64,000 nt of DNA from assembly GCA_905178155.1 (NCBI GenBank), contig CAJINV010000029.1:127863-191862 (forward strand). Reading direction: 5' to 3'. Under the pieces are notes generated by a model that saw only the letters and a list, made by a program, of their open reading frames with translations, did not search any database and was not told the DNA's origin. Within the stretch, counting starts at the first letter, position 1. Every line of letters begins with the position of its first letter. Both the position numbers and the translations under genes were made by a program. The DNA is from Amoebophrya sp. A120 (Eukaryota > Protista > Dinoflagellata). This document shows, piece by piece, positions 58,748 to 64,000 of this stretch.

Positions 58748-60628
58748 TCTTAATATATGTTTTTGATGTCCACGAGCAGAAACTGCGAAAAATAAGAAAA
58801 ATAAATACAAGACCAACAACAGCTTTTCCTCTCAGAAAATCCAGAAGATCCAATGTATACAAATTTTATGAAATCCGGAGAAATAAACTAGTGGACTAAT
58901 CGGATACGGTTCCTGAGCGGAACGTCCTGGAAGCGGACATCCATGCTGTTCGCACGAGGCTTGCGCGTCGTGAGATTTTTCTTCAGGGTTCGAGACCATC
59001 AATCACTCAAGCCAGGACGGACAAGTCCTACTCCCCAGGAGCAGCAAAGTAGAATCTGTTTTTGAAAAGAATTAGTAAATTGCAGTAAATTTATATACGC
59101 CCGGCGTCTCTCACAGCAAAAAAAACACACGCTTCTCCTGCAAGGGGGCTCCGGCTACGATTGCCTTAACCCGGACAGGGAGTAACCTTGGGAACACGAC
59201 TGCGGTGGTCCATGCGCTGACAGCTGCATCGGAGACTACAAGCCCCAAGATTGTGACTACACCAGGAGAATTTATACACAACTGGACTTTTTTCATCCAC
59301 CTCGTCGTTTACTTATAATTACTTTTACTTTTACTGTTTTGTTGAAAAGGTGGCTTTGATTATTTTCTGTTCGGTCTACACCTTGTACTTTGAGGCGATA
59401 CTATTTCTATTTTGTTCTTACTTTATACCATTGTTTCAAGACGTGAAGCATCTGACGTTTTTTTTCAGGTTAGGTTTTGATTGGTCTTGATGCTGTCGAC
59501 CGCAGCATTGAAAAGTAGAAGACGTTCTCGAGCCAAATTGGGGTAAGATGAAGTCGAAGCTCAAACAATTACATAAAATAACAAATAAATATCGAAAAAT
59601 AGTAGGGTGACTAAACTGTCAACAGTAATTAGCAGCTCTCTAATGCACCATTGCTGCGTGTGCATGCCAAGATTGAAGACAAATAAACGTGCTTTGATTT
59701 TTTACTCTTGCTTCAAGGTTCGTTGTTTCACCACAAGCAAAGCAGCAGGTCGCAGACTCCAGCAGCGTTCCTGTTCCGGAGAATCACAAACGATTGACTA
59801 TGGAAAGAAATTGCCCTTGCAAGCTTGTTTCAAGAGTGACGAAAGTATCCTGCTCTTGCTGATGCCTCGTCTTCGTTTATCTATTGATCATGGTGTCATA
59901 AAAGCAGCAACGACGACGTTCCTGAGTCATGAACCCAGAAAGGCATGCTATGGCCGGGGAGATGCCATCCGACGTGTTAGGAGACTGATAGTATCCCCTT
60001 GTGGTTACGTTATACAAACTTAACGCTTGTTCCACCTCGTGATGACGTCCAAACATGTTGAAACTGCGGACTGCAAATTCTCTTCTTTCGACCTCCAAAC
60101 TTCCCAGTAAAGTGCGCATGCATGCTTGTTGCCGAATGTCATGCAGAAGTAACCATGAAACTCTTAATGCTTATAGGAAGATTACACAAGACACTGATGT
60201 GCGGGAAAGAGGACAATTTTCACTTCGCAGTTTCATCAGCCTGCTCTTCTCCGTTTTTCCCTATCGTCAGGAAAAATCCCCCACCCCTTACTGACCAAAC
60301 GCGTGGGACGGGTTGCTGATTTCCGCACACAGGCATGTGTCACCCTACTAGATGAAGGCCGCAGCTCCTATTTGACACTCCAATGCCTCCACCCAGCCTC
60401 ACAACCTCGATCTGCCTTCATGTGGCGAGCCTTCACTTCTTATAAGCAAATGCAGCCACCAGGAGCTGCCTTCTGTACAATAAACCTGGATGAGGAATTT
60501 CCTTGAGGAAAGCGTTGGGGAGGGAGATTCTTTTATTGATATTTTCGCTCGCGAGATTCGTTGTCTCCGCCTTCATCGATTCCGCTCCGCCGTCCACGTT
60601 GGCTATGGTGCTCGTTCTGGTGCCGGCA

Positions 60629-60852
60629 TATGAAGGTGCACAACTCCCCCCTTCCCCTCATTTGTTTTTGTATGGTATCAACCGCATTACAAACACCAGT
60701 ACAAGTGGACCCTGTGCATGACAAGTTCATGTGCCGAGTGTAGTACTGTTTGAATTTGTGGAATTTGTCATGCACATGGTGCCAAAAGGTAGCAACTGGA
60801 TTTGGGTTTTTGCATGACAAATGAGGGGGAGGGGGGGTTGTGCACTGTCATA
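60629..60852. mobile_element. Introner, family I
   Basis: Perfect TSD CGGCA. Confidence 0.9.
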
Positions 60853-61169
60853 CGGCACCGCCGGGATTCACAATCGGGGAGGAAGCCGGAATGTGATGGG
60901 TTTTTTCCTGCTCTTCGGGTTGTACAAATAAACGAATCGATTCATCTTTGCCATCAAATGAAACTGATGTTGCGTTATCCATTTCTACAAAGCAGTTCGT
61001 CAGCAATGCCTCGTCATACATAATACTAGGGCACTTCCCTGACTATACAAATTTCTGCGGATGCCGTTTTCTTCCCTCTCATCATGCGTATTTGCTTGCA
61101 ACTGCAAGCGTAGTTGGAGGTTGCCTGCTGCAAGCAAGGGTAAAAGGGGCACAAAATGCGATAACTAAT

Positions 61170-62840
61170 CTACCCACGACAAGTCTGCCATGACAAAATC
61201 ATCTGTTCTGGATAACTTTGATTCTCCGACTGGTCCTGGTGATTTGCGGATGAGCTGGTCGTCGCTTTCTGCTGCGTCGTCTCTGCTCCGTTTTCCTGCA
61301 CAAGCGCGTCACGGTTCGAAGCTGGTCCATCGTCGTGGGCCTTCTTGCCTGTCGCTTTTTTCTTCGCCGATGCTGTCGGCGTCGCGCTCAGCTCCGGTAG
61401 CAAGGTCTCGCCGTCGTACGGAATGACGACATACCCGTGACCCGTGAACGCTGTTGGCCCGGTGCGCGGCGACTTCTTCTTCTTGGCCTCGGAGTCCACC
61501 CCGCACGGCGATACCTCGGCCCCGGATATCTTGGCCCGCACGGCGTCCAACCAGGCTTTCCGGAAGGTATGCAGGTGAGAGTTGTGCCCCCGTTCAGACC
61601 CCCGCAGGAAGGAGATAAGGACCAGCCACAGGTAGTACTCGACCTGCTCGACGTGGAGGACCGCGCACGTCTTCCGCAACTGCTTTTTCTTCCCCTCCGA
61701 GAAAATGGACGCGTGGACTAGTGATGCCCGTTTACACAGTTGAGCAGGATGATCTGGCAGTTTCTCGGGGGCATCAACATGAACATCACGTTTGAAGATC
61801 GTGTCAGCTGTGTTTCCGACCAGCTTCGCGGCCACAAACCCGCTCTTCATTTTCGCGACAACGCCGGCGATGTTTTGCAACGCCTCCCGGGCCCGGGGTT
61901 TCGCTGCCAGGATTTCCGGGTCGGCCCTGCGAAAAATGATCTGCACCGAGGAGACGACCAGGTCTTCCAGCACATCCCACGTCATACCACCCCAGGGCTT
62001 CGTTGCAGACTGCAGCCACAGCCGTGTTTGTGGCCCTACCTTCGCATTTCCCTCGCACGTCAGAACAATCTGGTCGTGCACCCGTATGTTCCGTTCGTTC
62101 ACGTTCGGGCCGCGTCGCATGCTTCGGAAACATTTCCGAACGAATGTTACACATTGTTCGAACTGCTCCAATGTTACGCCGATGGCGTCTGGTGTGGAAG
62201 ACGTGAAAGAAGGTTCCGTTTTTGCCGCCTTTGGGTCTTGCTCGGCCGATCTCCCTGGAACATTACTTGCACGCTTTCGAGAAGATGCGGCGGGGGTCTG
62301 TAAGTTAGCTCCAAGCGCTAGTCCCTCGCTAGCTGCAGTACTGCCTACCACCGCTACAGGCGCGCCGGTTGGAAGGCCATGCGTTTCACCAGCGGGTGGG
62401 GTTTCTGCGTTGCGATCAGTATTATCCTTGTTTGTCGACTGCAGAGGGGCGTCCGCAGCACTGTCTTCACCACTTTCCTTCCCTCTCTCCCGCACTGTTT
62501 TGTCGCGGTGCTGCTGTTCGCCCGTTTTATCATCACTAGCGCGGCAGCCATCGTCACTGTCGTAATCATCCGCGCCACCCAGCCGCGGAAGGTCTGTCAT
62601 GTCGGAGATAGCGTGCTCTTCCTGATCCTTCTTGTAGTAGAAGGGAAAACGAAGGCCCGGCACATAAAAGGCAGTATCCGTGTAATCTGTTTGGCTACCA
62701 TGCGCATCCTCTTCCTGGAACAGCTCGATAACTTCGCGGTTTACATAAACCTTCTGCACCATGATCTCTTTGTCCTGATAGAAAAACGTTTTGTATATTC
62801 GGGGCAGAACAACTTTAAAGTGGAAGGAGGTCTGCCACAA
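61170..62840 (-). CDS. Large exon of an unknown protein (gene probably spans ~63580 to ~60300)
   Basis: 556-codon ORF with protein-like composition; upstream ATG ORF 63580-63308; downstream introner 60629. Confidence 0.7.
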   Translation of the reverse strand: MWQTSFHFKVVLPRIYKTFFYQDKEIMVQKVYVNREVIELFQEEDAHGSQTDYTDTAFYVPGLRFPFYYKKDQEEHAISDMTDLPRLGGADDYDSDDGCRASDDKTGEQQHRDKTVRERGKESGEDSAADAPLQSTNKDNTDRNAETPPAGETHGLPTGAPVAVVGSTAASEGLALGANLQTPAASSRKRASNVPGRSAEQDPKAAKTEPSFTSSTPDAIGVTLEQFEQCVTFVRKCFRSMRRGPNVNERNIRVHDQIVLTCEGNAKVGPQTRLWLQSATKPWGGMTWDVLEDLVVSSVQIIFRRADPEILAAKPRAREALQNIAGVVAKMKSGFVAAKLVGNTADTIFKRDVHVDAPEKLPDHPAQLCKRASLVHASIFSEGKKKQLRKTCAVLHVEQVEYYLWLVLISFLRGSERGHNSHLHTFRKAWLDAVRAKISGAEVSPCGVDSEAKKKKSPRTGPTAFTGHGYVVIPYDGETLLPELSATPTASAKKKATGKKAHDDGPASNRDALVQENGAETTQQKATTSSSANHQDQSENQSYPEQMILSWQTCRG

Positions 62841-63729
62841 TCAGGCGAGTCATGGCTTCTCCATTTAATATTACGAGCGCTGTATTTGTTCCCTTCAACA
62901 TACAAGGAGAAGGGCCTGCGCCGCAACTACGTAGCAGGTGCAAAAAAGGAAGCCGGGTGTCTGTATTCGTAAAGTGCAATACTCTGGGACCGCATGTAAC
63001 TGCGGCGAACGCAATCACTCTTGTGTTTTGGTGGTATTCATCTTCATGAGAAGCACAAAATAACAGCCTCCGACATAATTGCTGCGCGACGAATGCGACG
63101 CCAAACACGCCGCAAAGCGAGTAAACATCTAAGCAAGTAGGTACCGGCGGCAGTGTGCAAAGGAACTGGAAGATAGCACGAAGCTCGAGCTCGGAGACTT
63201 CGTAGTCTGGCGAGGGTATGAAAATATAAAACCACTACTGCTGGCCACCACGTTCAGTATCTCATGCGCACCGCAAGCGAGGCCCAAGCCTCGCGCTTTT
63301 TGGCACTTCACTGCAAGCGCCGATCTCTTCCGCGTGTGCTCTGAACGAGGTTTAGGCGGCTGGGCTTAAGTTTCGCACACATATAGTACCGGACAAGGGT
63401 GCTATTCGTGCTGATGTTCTTCAGATACTCCGCGCCTGGCATCCCGAACCGGAACTGCTTCGTGGTTGCGGCGCCCCGCTTTTCGAACTTGTTGTCTAGC
63501 ACAATCTCAAACGGCACCGGAACTACCGGCACTCTTGCTGCTTCCCGTGTCTGGTACTTGTTCCAGATATCTGTCGGCATTTTGGGTTGCTACTTTAACA
63601 TGAGAAGGGGAGGTCGAAGCCCGTACACCATCACCCCAGTGCGCTGCCTTTTTTCGGAGCGCATTTATAAACAACAGAGAGAGGCCAACGCTCTGCCGGC
63701 CCTTCGGGCATCCATCTCCTGCCGCGAAT

Positions 63730-64000
63730 CTTTCCCCAGCTTTGAGAGGAGCAAGAAAGGGCACACGGCACACGGCGGAGCCGGTAGCCACTTCAATCAG
63801 TCTGCTCAGCGACAGCCAAGGCGGCGAGTTTTTCTTCGGCTTTGGGCGGGGCAAGAAAGGGCACGCCGCTGGCTGAGCCGGTACGCAATTTATCGACAGG
63901 CGCGCGCCAACCTTTGGCGCCAGGAGGTGCGTCGCAGGTCTTTCATCGACAACCCCAAGGCGGTGGATTTTTCCCCGGCTTTGGGAGGGGCAAGAAAGGG
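63730..64000 (+). repeat. Three ~100-130-bp spaced copies of TTTCCCCGGCTTTGGGNGGGGCAAGAAAGGGCAC
   Basis: Copies at ~63731, ~63832 and ~63970; runs off the window end. Confidence 0.75.

Noticed and set aside
1-64000. rRNA, tRNA or dinoflagellate spliced-leader sequences
   Set aside because: None recognised by eye; a covariance-model scan would be needed to exclude short RNAs.

Overview
Eukaryotic, gene-dense DNA whose architecture matches what is published for the parasitic dinoflagellate Amoebophrya (Syndiniales). The taxon is an inference; I saw no marker gene. The window holds at least 57 TIR elements from about 12 sequence families (145 bp to 2.7 kb). Nearly all begin 5'-TAT, end ATA-3' and are flanked by a 5-bp direct repeat (TSD). 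Removing the element plus one 5-bp copy restores the reading frame of host genes on both strands, so they behave as non-canonical introns (introners). Applying this rule reveals a hidden, apparently intact gene of about 1,545 aa at 4373-19982 (+), with 18 exons. It encodes a DDE transposase (N-terminal Cys/His zinc-finger-like region, D...D, DxxH, RGTxxxE; DUF6729/Mutator-like by motif recall) interrupted by 17 of these elements. It is the obvious candidate mobiliser of the introners and must have them spliced out to be expressed. Other content: a PPPDE/DeSI peptidase gene split into micro-exons, a Q/P/H-rich protein with two eIF4E-binding-like motifs, several unknown genes, a local duplication that provides an empty/filled insertion-site pair, and a candidate right end of a very large parent element at 33763. 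Most short ORFs in the supplied track are artefacts of the TIRs and tandem repeats. All gene models are manual and lack transcript evidence.
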